Shown here piece by piece: positions 38,236 through 47,926 of a DNA stretch of 64,000 nucleotides. Source of the DNA: Paracoccus sp. (in: a-proteobacteria). Lineage in GTDB: Bacteria; Pseudomonadota; Alphaproteobacteria; Rhodobacterales; Rhodobacteraceae. The position numbers and the translations under genes were made by a program. Numbering within the stretch: the stretch's first letter is position 1; every line of letters starts with the position of its first letter. The notes under the pieces were generated by a model. It ran no database searches. It saw only the letters and a program-made list of their open reading frames with translations, and was not told the DNA's origin. Location of the stretch: positions 12,487 through 76,486 of the forward strand of contig NZ_JAUNTO010000009.1 in assembly GCF_030538655.1 (NCBI RefSeq), read 5' to 3'.

Positions 38236-40688
38236 TGTCCCCGTGGCTTGGCCCGCATCGTCGGGTCGGCCACGGTCGGGTCTTCGGGCCAGGGGTGGCG
38301 CGGGTAACGCCCGCGCATATCCTTGCGCACATCGGCATAGGATGTGGCCCAAAAGCCCGGCAGATCCATTGTGACCTGCACTGGACGTCCCGCCGGGGAC
38401 AGCAGGCTGATCCGCAGGGGGCGCCCACCCACCACCGGATGCCGGGTGACGCCGAACAGTTCCTGCAAACGCACCTCGATCGAGGGATCGGCGTGATCGT
38501 AATCAATCGGCACCTGCCGCCCCAGAGGCGTGGTAAAGGTTGCCGGAACCTCTGATTTCAGCCGCTGTTGCCCGTCCCAGCCGATGCGCGCCAGCAGTGG
38601 CTCGGTCAGGTCCAGCGCGCGCAGATCGGCCCGCGTCCGCGCCTTGCCCAGCCATGGCAGCAGCCAGTCCGCATCAGCCAGCAGACTGTCATCGTCGCAG
38701 GGCGGCAGCCCGTCCGCCAAACCAATCCGTGCCCGCAAACGCGCAGCGCGCGGAATCCAGGGCAGCCCCTCGGCCCGCAAGCCCTCAAACGCCGCCAAAG
38801 CCACCACATCTTCGGGCGCATCCCAGATGCGATCCGACAAGACCAGCGCCCCCAGCCGTTCCCGCACACGGGCCAGAACGCGCCCCTCGCGCCGGGACCA
38901 TTCGCAGACCTCGACCATTTCGATCTGATCTGCAAACAAGGCCCGCAGATCCGCTTCGGCCACAGGCGTCGCCATCCTGACCCGCGCCTCGCGCGCATCG
39001 CCGTCCAGATCAACCGCCACGATAAACCGCTGCCCGGCCAGCGGATCGGCAGCATCCAGAACCGCCCCCTTGCCCCCCGACAGCACAAAGCGGGGATCGT
39101 CCCCCTTGCGCCGCATCCCGATCCGATCCGGATAAGCAAGCGCTGCCATCGTGCCTGCATCTTTTGTCCCTAAATATCCCGCGACAGCCGGGGGGCTGGC
39201 CCCCCGGCTGTCGCGGGACGCAATCAATCGCCGCAGCCGCCGCGCTTCGTCCCGCGCCTGTGCCAATGCGCCATGATCGACGGTCCAGGGATGACGATCC
39301 GCAAAAGCGCGCGCATCGCGCAGCGCCATCAACCGCAAGCCCAGATCGGCGGGCGTGCCGCGCAAAGGGTCGCGCCCCGCCAGCAATGCCGCCAGATCAG
39401 CCGCCCCGGCACCCGCCAGCATCAGCATATGCGCCAGACGCGGATGCAGCGGCAGCCGCGCCATCGCCCGCCCGTGTTCGGTTATCCGCCCGCCCTCGCC
39501 CAAGGCCCCCAGCCCGGCCAGCAACGCGCGCGCCTCGGCCAAAGCTCCTTCGGGCGGTGGGGTCAACAGCGCCAGATCGCCCGGCTCGGCCCCCCACAGC
39601 GCCAGTTCCAGCGCCAGCCCGGCCAGATCGGCCACAGCGATTTCGGGCGGGGCAAAGGCGGGCAGGGCACCTTCCTCGGCCCGTGCCCACATCCGATAGC
39701 ACACCCCTTCGGCCACACGCCCGGCCCGGCCGCGCCGCTGATCCGCCTCGGCCCGGCTGACCCGCTCGGTTACCAACCGCGACATGCCCGAACCGGGGTC
39801 GAACCGCGCCCGCCGCGCGCGGCCTGCGTCCACCACCACCCGCACGCCCGGAATGGTCAGCGAGGTTTCCGCAATCGCCGTCGCCAGCACGATCCGTCGC
39901 CGCGAACCCGGCGGTGCAAGCGCCGCCCGCTGCGCCCGACCGTCCAGCGCGCCATACAGCGGCAGCACCTCGCAGCCCGTGCCGCCCAGCATCCCGGCCA
40001 CACGGCGGATTTCGCCTTCGCCCGGCAGAAACACCAGCACGGTTCCGCCCATATCGGCTGTTTCGGCCACGGCACGGATCACCAGCCGCGCCGCCTCGTC
40101 CGGCAGCCGCGCCCCGGCGTGCAAGGGGCGGTCCAGCCAGCGCGTCTCCACCGGAAAAGCCCGCCCCTGAGACCGCACCACCGGCGCATCATCCAGCAGC
40201 GCGGCGACGGGTTCGGCATCCAGCGTGGCCGACATCACCAGCACCGCCAGATCGGGCCGCAACAAAGCCCGCGCCTGCCAGACCAGCGCCAGCCCCAGAT
40301 CGGCATTCAGGCTGCGTTCGTGAAACTCGTCGAAAATGACGCAGCCCACCCCTTCCAGCGCCGGGTCAGACTGGATCATCCGCGTCAGGATGCCTTCGGT
40401 GACCACCTCGATCCGTGACCCCGCCACCGTCTCGCCGCGCATCCGATAGCCGACACGACCGCCCACCGCTTCGCCCAGACTCTCGGCCAGACGCTCGGCT
40501 GCGGCCCGCGCGGCCAGACGGCGCGGCTCTAGCATGATGATCCGCCCCGGCACCTGATCCAGCAAGGCCAGAGGCACCCGCGTCGTTTTCCCCGCGCCCG
40601 GCGGGGCCACCAGCACGGCACGCCCTGCCGCCGCCACGGCATTGCGCAGCGCGGGCAGAATGTCGTCGATGGGCAGGCGATCCGTCAT
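38232..40688 (-). CDS. hrpB: ATP-dependent RNA helicase HrpB, carrying an in-frame repeat-element insertion
   Basis: DEAH-box helicase motifs (GAGKTT, DEFHER) and an HrpB C-terminal region. Residues ~490-510 are encoded by a copy of the window's palindromic repeat. Confidence 0.8.
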   Translation of the reverse strand: MTDRLPIDDILPALRNAVAAAGRAVLVAPPGAGKTTRVPLALLDQVPGRIIMLEPRRLAARAAAERLAESLGEAVGGRVGYRMRGETVAGSRIEVVTEGILTRMIQSDPALEGVGCVIFDEFHERSLNADLGLALVWQARALLRPDLAVLVMSATLDAEPVAALLDDAPVVRSQGRAFPVETRWLDRPLHAGARLPDEAARLVIRAVAETADMGGTVLVFLPGEGEIRRVAGMLGGTGCEVLPLYGALDGRAQRAALAPPGSRRRIVLATAIAETSLTIPGVRVVVDAGRARRARFDPGSGMSRLVTERVSRAEADQRRGRAGRVAEGVCYRMWARAEEGALPAFAPPEIAVADLAGLALELALWGAEPGDLALLTPPPEGALAEARALLAGLGALGEGGRITEHGRAMARLPLHPRLAHMLMLAGAGAADLAALLAGRDPLRGTPADLGLRLMALRDARAFADRHPWTVDHGALAQARDEARRLRRLIASRDSRGASPPAVAGYLGTKDAGTMAALAYPDRIGMRRKGDDPRFVLSGGKGAVLDAADPLAGQRFIVAVDLDGDAREARVRMATPVAEADLRALFADQIEMVEVCEWSRREGRVLARVRERLGALVLSDRIWDAPEDVVALAAFEGLRAEGLPWIPRAARLRARIGLADGLPPCDDDSLLADADWLLPWLGKARTRADLRALDLTEPLLARIGWDGQQRLKSEVPATFTTPLGRQVPIDYDHADPSIEVRLQELFGVTRHPVVGGRPLRISLLSPAGRPVQVTMDLPGFWATSYADVRKDMRGRYPRHPWPEDPTVADPTMRAKPRGH
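39158..39217 (-). repeat. Palindromic repeat family, copy 5, located inside the hrpB coding sequence in-frame
   Basis: On the minus strand: CGCGACAGCCGGGGGGCCAGCCCCCCGGCTGTCGCG perfect 16-bp stem, then GGATATTTAGGGACAAAAGATGC. Translated as SRDSRGASPPAVAGYLGTKDAG. Confidence 0.65.
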
Positions 40689-40831
40689 CGCCCGCTTATC
40701 CCCGATCCGCGCGGTCGCGAAAAGCCCCGGCCCGCCGCTTGCTGCTTGTCCAAATACGCTGCTTGGGGCGGCCCCCTACACATCGGGGCCGCGCCTGCCT
40801 ATCTTGCCCTTGCCGTAATGAAGGAAAAAAG

Positions 40832-42202
40832 ATGAGCATTGGCAGCGATCTGATGCAGGGGCTTGGCCTTGCCGATCCGGTGATCCGTCTGGGTGTCACC
40901 GGCCTGTCCCGCGCGGGCAAGACGGTGTTCATTACCTCGCTGGTCGCCAACCTTCTGGACCGGGGGCGGATGCATGCGCTGCGCGCTGCGGCAGATGGCT
41001 CGATCAAGGCGGCGTGGCTGCAACCGCAGCCTGACGACACCGTGCCGCGTTTCGATTACGAACGCCATCTGGCCGCGATGACCGGCCCCGACCCGCACTG
41101 GCCCGAGGGCACGCGCCACGTCAGCCAGCTGCGCCTGTCGCTGCGGGTGCAGTCGCGCGGGCTGTTGTCGGGGCTGCGCGGGATGCAGACGGTGCATCTG
41201 GATATTGTCGATTACCCCGGCGAATGGCTGCTGGACCTGCGGCTGATGGACCGCGATTTTGCCGCCTGGTCGGCGGAAACGCTGGCGCGGATGCAGGGCC
41301 GCCCCGGTGCCGATGTGTTTCTGGCGGCGGTGGATGCGCTGTCGGGCAGCGCGCCGTTTGACGAAACCTCGGCGCAGGCACTGGCCGCCACCTATACGGA
41401 TCATCTGCGCGCGGCGCGTAATGCGGGTTGGTCGGATTGCACGCCGGGGCGGTTCCTGCTGCCCGGCGAGATGGCCGGATCGCCCGCGCTGACCTTTGCG
41501 CCGCTGCCCGACGGCCTGTCCGCCGCGCCGCTCTATCGTGAATTCCGGCGCCGTTTTGATGCCTATAAATCCCGTGTCGTGCGCCCGTTCTTTCGCGACC
41601 ATTTCGCCCGGATCGACCGGCAAGTGGTGCTGGCCGATGTGTTGGGTGCGATCCATTCCGGCCCGCAGGCGGTCGAGGATATGCGCCGCGCCATGGCCGA
41701 TATTCTGACCGCCTTTCGCCCCGGTCGCGCCGGTTGGCTGGCGCAATTGCTGGGCACGCGACGGGTGGATCGCATCCTGTTCGCCGCGACCAAGGCCGAT
41801 CACCTGAACCACGTTCAGCACCCCCGTCTGGCCGCGATCCTGTCGGCCATGCTGCGCGAGGCGCGCGACCGTGCCGATTTTTCCGGTGCCCGGACCGAGG
41901 CGATGGCGATTGCCGCCCTGCGCACCACGACCGAGGATGTGATCCATCAGGATGGTGTCGATCTGCCCGCCGTGCGCGGCACCTTGATGGACGGGCGGCA
42001 GGCGGCGTTTTATCCGGGCGATCTGCCCGCCGATCCCTCGGTTCTGCTGTCGCCCGCGCGGCAGGGGGCGGAACGCTGGCTGGATGGCGATTACGGGGTG
42101 ATGAACTTTGCCCCGGCAGCGGGGACTTTGCGCCCCGGCGATGGCCCGCCACATATCCGGCTGGACCGGGCGGCGGAGTTTCTGATCGGGGATCGGTTGT
42201 GA
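40832..42202 (+). CDS. ycjX: YcjX family P-loop ATPase
   Basis: GVTGLSRAGKTVFITSL Walker A and the YcjX family layout. RBS AAGGAAAAAA. Confidence 0.7.
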   Translation: MSIGSDLMQGLGLADPVIRLGVTGLSRAGKTVFITSLVANLLDRGRMHALRAAADGSIKAAWLQPQPDDTVPRFDYERHLAAMTGPDPHWPEGTRHVSQLRLSLRVQSRGLLSGLRGMQTVHLDIVDYPGEWLLDLRLMDRDFAAWSAETLARMQGRPGADVFLAAVDALSGSAPFDETSAQALAATYTDHLRAARNAGWSDCTPGRFLLPGEMAGSPALTFAPLPDGLSAAPLYREFRRRFDAYKSRVVRPFFRDHFARIDRQVVLADVLGAIHSGPQAVEDMRRAMADILTAFRPGRAGWLAQLLGTRRVDRILFAATKADHLNHVQHPRLAAILSAMLREARDRADFSGARTEAMAIAALRTTTEDVIHQDGVDLPAVRGTLMDGRQAAFYPGDLPADPSVLLSPARQGAERWLDGDYGVMNFAPAAGTLRPGDGPPHIRLDRAAEFLIGDRL

Positions 42203-42263
42203 GCGGCGGTGTCGCGCCCAAAGCCGCGTATTCGGGCAAACAGCAAGCAGGGAAGGCGTTTCA

Positions 42264-43403
42264 ATGACCGATGACAAGCGGCGCGGGCCGGTGTTGCTTG
42301 ACCTTGGCCCGGCTGAACGCGCGCCACGCCCCGACCCCCGCCCCTTTGCCGGCGAGGAGGCGGACGAACCGCCCCGCCCGCAGCCCGGCCCAGCAGTGCA
42401 GGCCGGGGCGCAGCAGGACCGTGCCGGTCCTGCCCCCAACCCCGCCGATGCGCCGCCCGTTGGCGATGCGCCCGGTCCCTTGCCGCAGCCGCGCACGATG
42501 GAGATGGTGATGCGGTTGACCTCGGGCGGGCCGTCGCGGCTGACGCGGTTCTTTTTGCAGGCCGGGGGCGCGCTGCTGACCTTTCTGCTGTCGGTGGCGG
42601 CGCTGCAATATATCAGCAATCTGCTGACCCGTTATCCTTTGCTGGGCTGGATCGGGGTGGTGCTGTTTGCGGCATTCACGCTGGCGGCCTTGGGGATGGC
42701 GTTGCGGGAATGGCTGGCCTGGCGGCGCTTTGCCCGTATCGACGGCATTCAGCGCGAGGCAGGCGCAGCCTTGGCGGCGGCTGATCTGGGCGCCGCGCGC
42801 AAGGTTGCCGACCGGCTGCAATCGCTGTTTGCCGGGCGCGACGGGATGGATTGGGGCCGCACCCGCCTGCGCGAACGGCAGGATGAGGCGCTGGATGCCG
42901 AAACCCTGCTGGCGCTGGCCGAAGCCGAGTTGCTGGCGCCGCTGGATCAGGCCGCCCGGCGCGAGATCGAGGCGGCGGCCCGCACCGTGGCCGCCACCAC
43001 CGCGCTGGTGCCGCTGGCCTTTGCCGATGTGGCGGCGGCCTTGGCGGCCAATCTGCGGATGATCCGGCGCATTGCCGAAATCTATGGTGGCCGGGCGGGC
43101 ACCGTGGGCGGCTGGCGGCTGGCGCGCATGGTGATGACGCATCTGGTTGCCACCGGCGCGGTGGCGGCGGGCGACGATCTGATCCACACCGTCGCCGGGG
43201 GCGGCATTCTGGCGCGACTGTCGAAACGCTTTGGCGAAGGCGTGGTGAACGGCGCGCTGACCGCGCGTGTCGGCATTGCCGCGATGGAGGTCTGCCGCCC
43301 GCTGCCCTTCATGCACCAGCCCCGGCCCAAGGTCGGCAATCTGCTGACGCGCGGCCTGAAGGGCCTGTTCGGAGAGGATGATTCGCCGCGTCAGGGGGCG
43401 TGA
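42264..43403 (+). CDS. ycjF: YcjF family membrane protein (DUF697)
   Basis: Pro/Ala-rich N-terminus, two TM segments and the DUF697 region. Paired with ycjX. Confidence 0.65.
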   Translation: MTDDKRRGPVLLDLGPAERAPRPDPRPFAGEEADEPPRPQPGPAVQAGAQQDRAGPAPNPADAPPVGDAPGPLPQPRTMEMVMRLTSGGPSRLTRFFLQAGGALLTFLLSVAALQYISNLLTRYPLLGWIGVVLFAAFTLAALGMALREWLAWRRFARIDGIQREAGAALAAADLGAARKVADRLQSLFAGRDGMDWGRTRLRERQDEALDAETLLALAEAELLAPLDQAARREIEAAARTVAATTALVPLAFADVAAALAANLRMIRRIAEIYGGRAGTVGGWRLARMVMTHLVATGAVAAGDDLIHTVAGGGILARLSKRFGEGVVNGALTARVGIAAMEVCRPLPFMHQPRPKVGNLLTRGLKGLFGEDDSPRQGA

Positions 43404-43509
43404 TTCGCGGCAGTCCGCCCGCAAGAGGGGTGATGATGTTCTGATCCTGTGCAGGCAGGGCGGAAGAATTTCCCCGCATTCCCGCGTTTCGCAAAACCCC
43501 ATTGGCATA

Positions 43510-43527
43510 GTCGAGATTTTTCTCGAC
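43510..43527. promoter_or_regulatory. Inverted repeat GTCGAG-ATTTTT-CTCGAC in the AT-rich leader 60 nt upstream of sbp; candidate operator
   Basis: Perfect 6-bp inverted repeat in a locally AT-rich segment. Confidence 0.25.
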
Positions 43528-43587
43528 AAACACGATTTTATCTGTCGTCATTATAACGAACGTGTCGCCTGAGGGAGAACGACGAAG

Positions 43588-44616
43588 ATGACGATCAAGA
43601 CTTTTGCCGCCGTGCTGACGCGCCGGATTTCGGTGCAGACTGGGGCGGCTGCCCTTGGGTTTGTGGTGGCCATGGGTGGCGTGCTGCCTGCCTCCGCGCA
43701 AGAGCTGTTGAACGTCAGCTATGATCCGACGCGCGAATTTTATCGTGATTACAACGCATTGTTTTCCCAGCACTGGCAGGAGCTGGGCCATGCCGCGCCC
43801 ACCATCGACACCTCGCACGGTGGGTCGGGCGCGCAGGCGCGGTCGGTGATCGACGGGTTGAACGCGCAGGTTGTCACGCTGGCACTGGCATCCGACATCG
43901 ACCAGATCGCCGCCGTGGGCAAGCTGCCCGAGGATTGGCAGACGCGGCTGCCGCATAACAGTTCACCCTATACCTCGACCATCGTGTTTCTGGTGCGTGA
44001 GGGGAACCCCAAGGGTATCGAGGACTGGGGCGATCTGACGCATGAGAACGTGCAGGTCATCACGCCGAACCCCAAAACCTCGGGCGGGGCGCGCTGGAAT
44101 TATCTGGCGGCCTGGGCCTGGGCGGAAAAGAACGGCCATGACCCGCGCGAATTTGTCGGCGCGCTGTATCGTAACGTGCCGGTTCTGGATACCGGCGCGC
44201 GCGGATCGACCACTACCTTTACCCAGCGGGGCATCGGTGACGTGCTGCTGGCCTGGGAAAACGAAGCGCATCTGGCGCTGAAGGAACTGGGTGAAGGCAC
44301 GTTCGACATCGTGGTGCCTTCGGTATCCATTCTGGCCGAACCGCCGGTTGCGCTGGTCGATTCTGGCCAGTCGGGCGACGATCAAAAGGCGCTGTCGGAT
44401 GAATACCTGAACTTTTTGTATTCGCCGCAGGCGCAGGCGCTGGCTTACAAGCACTTTTACCGGGCATGGGATGCTTCGGCGGCCGATCCGGCCGATGTGG
44501 CCCGCTTCCCCGAGGTGGATCTGGTGACGATCGCCGATTTCGGCGGCTGGCCCAAAGTGCAGCCCGAACATTTCGGCGACGGCGGCGTCTTTGACCAGAT
44601 TTATTCGCGGCGCTGA
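43588..44616 (+). CDS. sbp: Sulfate/thiosulfate ABC transporter substrate-binding protein
   Basis: Signal peptide and a Sbp/CysP family fold. Confidence 0.8.
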   Translation: MTIKTFAAVLTRRISVQTGAAALGFVVAMGGVLPASAQELLNVSYDPTREFYRDYNALFSQHWQELGHAAPTIDTSHGGSGAQARSVIDGLNAQVVTLALASDIDQIAAVGKLPEDWQTRLPHNSSPYTSTIVFLVREGNPKGIEDWGDLTHENVQVITPNPKTSGGARWNYLAAWAWAEKNGHDPREFVGALYRNVPVLDTGARGSTTTFTQRGIGDVLLAWENEAHLALKELGEGTFDIVVPSVSILAEPPVALVDSGQSGDDQKALSDEYLNFLYSPQAQALAYKHFYRAWDASAADPADVARFPEVDLVTIADFGGWPKVQPEHFGDGGVFDQIYSRR

Positions 44617-44618
44617 CG

Positions 44619-45458
44619 ATGGCAGGCGCGGCAATCTTTCAGCCCTCGCCCATGCCGGGCCGGGGCCTTTCCATGGGGATCACGCTGACCATGCTGTCGC
44701 TGATCGTGCTGCTGCCGATCTTTGCGCTGCTGGCGCATGGGGCGGCGGCGGGACCGGCGGCGGTGTGGGATGCGATCAACCGTGAACGGGTCTGGGCGGC
44801 GCTGTTCTTGTCGTTCCGGTTGTCGGCGCTGGCGGCGCTGGTCAATCTGGTGATCGGGCTGTTGCTGGCCTGGGTGCTGGTGCGCTATCGCTTTCCGGGG
44901 CGGCGGCTGCTGGATGCCGCCGTTGACCTGCCCTTTGCGCTGCCGACCGCCGTGGCGGGGATCGCGCTGACCGCGCTTTATGCGCCGAACGGGTTTTTCG
45001 GCCAGATCGCCGCCGATTTCGGGGTGCGTATCGCCTATACGCAATGGGGCATTCTGATCGCGCTGATCTTTGTCGGCCTGCCCTTTGTCACCCGCACCGT
45101 GCAGCCCGTGGTCGAGGAAATCGACCGCGAGGTCGAAGAGGCATCGGCCACGCTGGGCGCCTCGCGTTTGCGGACGGTCACGCATGTGATCCTGCCGATG
45201 CTGATGCCCGCTGCGCTGACCGGCTTTGCGCTGTCGCTGGCGCGGGCGGTGGGGGAATACGGTTCGGTCATCTTCATCGCCGGGAACATCCCGATGCAGA
45301 CGGAAATCGCGCCCTTGCTGATCGTGATCCGGCTGGAGGAATACGATTACGACGGCGCGGCAGCCATCGGCATCGCCATGCTGACCATTTCGTTCATCAT
45401 GCTGCTGGTCATCAACCTGATCCAGGTCTGGAGCCGGAGGAGGATCGGCCTTGTCTGA
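44619..45458 (+). CDS. cysT: Sulfate ABC transporter permease CysT
   Basis: CysT/CysU-type permease. Confidence 0.8.
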   Translation: MAGAAIFQPSPMPGRGLSMGITLTMLSLIVLLPIFALLAHGAAAGPAAVWDAINRERVWAALFLSFRLSALAALVNLVIGLLLAWVLVRYRFPGRRLLDAAVDLPFALPTAVAGIALTALYAPNGFFGQIAADFGVRIAYTQWGILIALIFVGLPFVTRTVQPVVEEIDREVEEASATLGASRLRTVTHVILPMLMPAALTGFALSLARAVGEYGSVIFIAGNIPMQTEIAPLLIVIRLEEYDYDGAAAIGIAMLTISFIMLLVINLIQVWSRRRIGLV

Positions 45459-46326
45459 CACAACCCTGCACACATCCGCCCGCGACTGGCGCGCCCCCAC
45501 CACCGAAGCGGGCTGGCTGCGCTGGACCCTGATCGGGCTGGCCTTTGCGGCCATGACGCTGCTGGTGTTCGCGCCGCTGGCGGTCATCTTTGCCGAGGCC
45601 CTGGCGCGCGGTTTTGCCGCCGCCGTGGCCAGCCTTGGCAACCGCGATGCGCAACAGGCGATCCGGCTGACGCTGCTGGTCGCGGCCATATCGGTGCCGC
45701 TGAATATCGTGTTCGGTCTGGCGGCGGCGTGGTTCATCACCAAGTTCGATTTCCGTGGCAAGGCCGTTCTGATAACCCTGATCGACCTGCCGTTTTCGGT
45801 GTCGCCCGTGGTGGCGGGCCTGTGCCTTGTGCTGCTGTTCGGGGCGAATACGACGCTGGGTGCGTGGCTGGTGGCTTCGGGCTATCCCATCGTCTTTGCC
45901 CTGCCGGGGATCGTGCTGGCGACGATGTTCGTCACCTTCCCCTTTGTCGCGCGCGAACTGATCCCGGTGATGATCGAACAGGGCCGGGCCGAGGAAGAAG
46001 CGGCGCTGACCCTGGGTGCATCGGGCTGGCGCACCTTCATGACCGTGACCCTGCCGAATATCCGCTGGGCGCTGCTTTACGGTGTGCTGCTGGCCAATGC
46101 CCGCGCGATGGGGGAATTCGGCGCGGTGGCGGTGGTGTCGGGCAAGATCCGGGGCAAGACCGCGACCATGCCGATCACCATCGAGATGCTGTATAACGAA
46201 TATCTGTCGGTCGCGGCCTTTTCGATGGCCGCCGTCCTTGCCGGGCTGGCGCTGCTGACGCTTGCCCTGAAAACCGCGCTGGAAATCCGCCATGCGGATC
46301 AGCTTGCCGCAACCCGCCGTCACTAA
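45451..46326 (+). CDS. cysW: Sulfate ABC transporter permease CysW
   Basis: CysW-type permease. Overlaps cysT. Confidence 0.8.
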   Translation: MSDTTLHTSARDWRAPTTEAGWLRWTLIGLAFAAMTLLVFAPLAVIFAEALARGFAAAVASLGNRDAQQAIRLTLLVAAISVPLNIVFGLAAAWFITKFDFRGKAVLITLIDLPFSVSPVVAGLCLVLLFGANTTLGAWLVASGYPIVFALPGIVLATMFVTFPFVARELIPVMIEQGRAEEEAALTLGASGWRTFMTVTLPNIRWALLYGVLLANARAMGEFGAVAVVSGKIRGKTATMPITIEMLYNEYLSVAAFSMAAVLAGLALLTLALKTALEIRHADQLAATRRH

Positions 46327-46336
46327 GGGGAAACCG

Positions 46337-47056
46337 ATGCAGATCGAGATCGACGAAATCGCCAAGGAATTCGGGTCCACCACCGCGCTGCACCCGGTGT
46401 CGCTGTCCATCCCCTCGGGGGCGCTGGTGGCGCTGCTGGGGCCGTCGGGTTCGGGCAAAACCACGCTGCTGCGGATCTTGGGCGGGCTTGAATACCCGAC
46501 CTCGGGCCGGGTGCTGTTCAACGGCACCGACGCCACCGGCCTCAGCGTGCAGGACCGGCGTGCCGGGTTCGTGTTTCAGTCCTATGCGCTGTTTCGGCAC
46601 ATGACCGTGTTCGACAACATCGCCTACGGCCTGCGCGCCCGCCCGCGCAAATCCCGCCCGCCCGAGGCCGAGATCGCGCGCCGGGTGTCGCGCCTGCTGG
46701 CGCTGATCCAGCTGCCCGACATCGGTGGGCGCTATCCCAGCCAGCTGTCCGGCGGTCAGCGGCAGCGGGTTGCCCTCGCCCGTGCTCTGGCGATCGAGCC
46801 GCAGATGCTGCTTTTGGACGAGCCCTTCGGCGCGCTGGATGCCCGCGTGCGCAAGGAACTGCGGCAGGGCCTGCGCGACATCCACGATCAGACCGGGCTG
46901 TCCACCGTTTTCGTGACCCACGATCAGGACGAAGCGATGGAACTGGCCGATCTGGTGGTGGTCATGTCGATGGGCCGCATCGAACAGATCGGCCAGCCGC
47001 ACGAGATCAGATCGCGCCCCGCCACCGCTTTCGTGCGCGAATTCGTCAGCGGTTAG
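46337..47056 (+). CDS. cysA: Sulfate ABC transporter ATPase CysA (short form, no C-terminal TOBE domain)
   Basis: Walker [18 protein letters not shown] and Walker B. Only 239 aa. Confidence 0.75.
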   Translation: MQIEIDEIAKEFGSTTALHPVSLSIPSGALVALLGPSGSGKTTLLRILGGLEYPTSGRVLFNGTDATGLSVQDRRAGFVFQSYALFRHMTVFDNIAYGLRARPRKSRPPEAEIARRVSRLLALIQLPDIGGRYPSQLSGGQRQRVALARALAIEPQMLLLDEPFGALDARVRKELRQGLRDIHDQTGLSTVFVTHDQDEAMELADLVVVMSMGRIEQIGQPHEIRSRPATAFVREFVSG

Positions 47057-47210
47057 GCCGTCGGGGCGGGGTTGAACGGCTGCGTTACCACCCTATATGC
47101 AACAGGGGCCATGTCGGCGACGGCATGGCCTGCGTGTGTTGTCAAGGCGACGAATCAGCCAAGGGGCCAGTATTCCCCCCTTTGATAACCGTGCGAAACC
47201 CGGCTGTGAT

Positions 47211-47322
47211 TGCCATGCGTTTTTTGCATGGCAGGCTTGCATTCGGGCACATACCGAATCACGACATGCGGCGGTATCCCGTCTGCACTGTCGAACAGAC
47301 AAAAAATACCTGATCCGGGATC
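47211..47322. promoter_or_regulatory. Cluster of inverted repeats in an ORF-free, lower-GC 330-bp region upstream of a small ORF
   Basis: TGCCATGC-N7-GCATGGCA, ATTCGG-N7-CCGAAT, GTCTG-N10-CAGAC and the palindrome GATCCGGGATC. Confidence 0.25.
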
Positions 47323-47385
47323 GGCATTTCGCATTCCCGGCCCGCCCCCGACTCACCGGGCAAAGACAAGAACAGGACATGACAG

Positions 47386-47706
47386 ATGCGCGATTTCGTT
47401 GATGGTTCCGCATTCAACTTTGAACAGGGGCAGCGCGCCCGTAAGCTGTTTGCAGCCGTGGTTCTGGCTGCGCTGGATGATGCCATCGCTGATGACAAGA
47501 AATACGGCAACGGCCCCGAACAGATCGCCCGCTGGGCGCGGTCACGCGACGGGCGCGAGGTGTTGTCCTGCGCCGGGATCGACCCGAATGAACGGGTGGT
47601 CAAAGGGCTGATGGAATTCGTTTCCAAGGGCGTGCGCACCTCGGTCGCGCTGTCGCGCGAAGAAAGCGAACGCCGCATGGCCGCCGAAGAGGCCGAGGCA
47701 GCCTGA
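47386..47706 (+). CDS. Hypothetical small protein (106 aa)
   Basis: ORF with an acidic, Ala/Glu-rich C-terminus. No recognised family. Confidence 0.35.
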   Translation: MRDFVDGSAFNFEQGQRARKLFAAVVLAALDDAIADDKKYGNGPEQIARWARSRDGREVLSCAGIDPNERVVKGLMEFVSKGVRTSVALSREESERRMAAEEAEAA

Positions 47707-47783
47707 TCCGCCCTCGCCCCAACGAATGCATGGCCGTCCTTGGGGGCGGCCATTTTCATTGCCGCAACCCGGCCTCATCTTTG

Positions 47784-47826
47784 GTCTGGAAATATCCTCA
47801 GGGGGTCCGGGGGCAGAATGCCCCGG
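47784..47826 (-). repeat. Palindromic repeat family, copy 8 (degenerate, truncated tail)
   Basis: RC reads CCGGGGCATTCTGCCCCCGG hairpin, then ACCCCCTGAGGATATTTCCAGAC. Lies between convergent gene ends. Confidence 0.4.
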
Positions 47827-47926
47827 TGTCGCGGGATGCAACCCATCATGGCGGGCTGGCATCGGTCCGTCACCGCCCCCCTCATGCCGCGATGCCGCAC
47901 ATTGGCTGCGGTCTCGGCAGTCGCCC

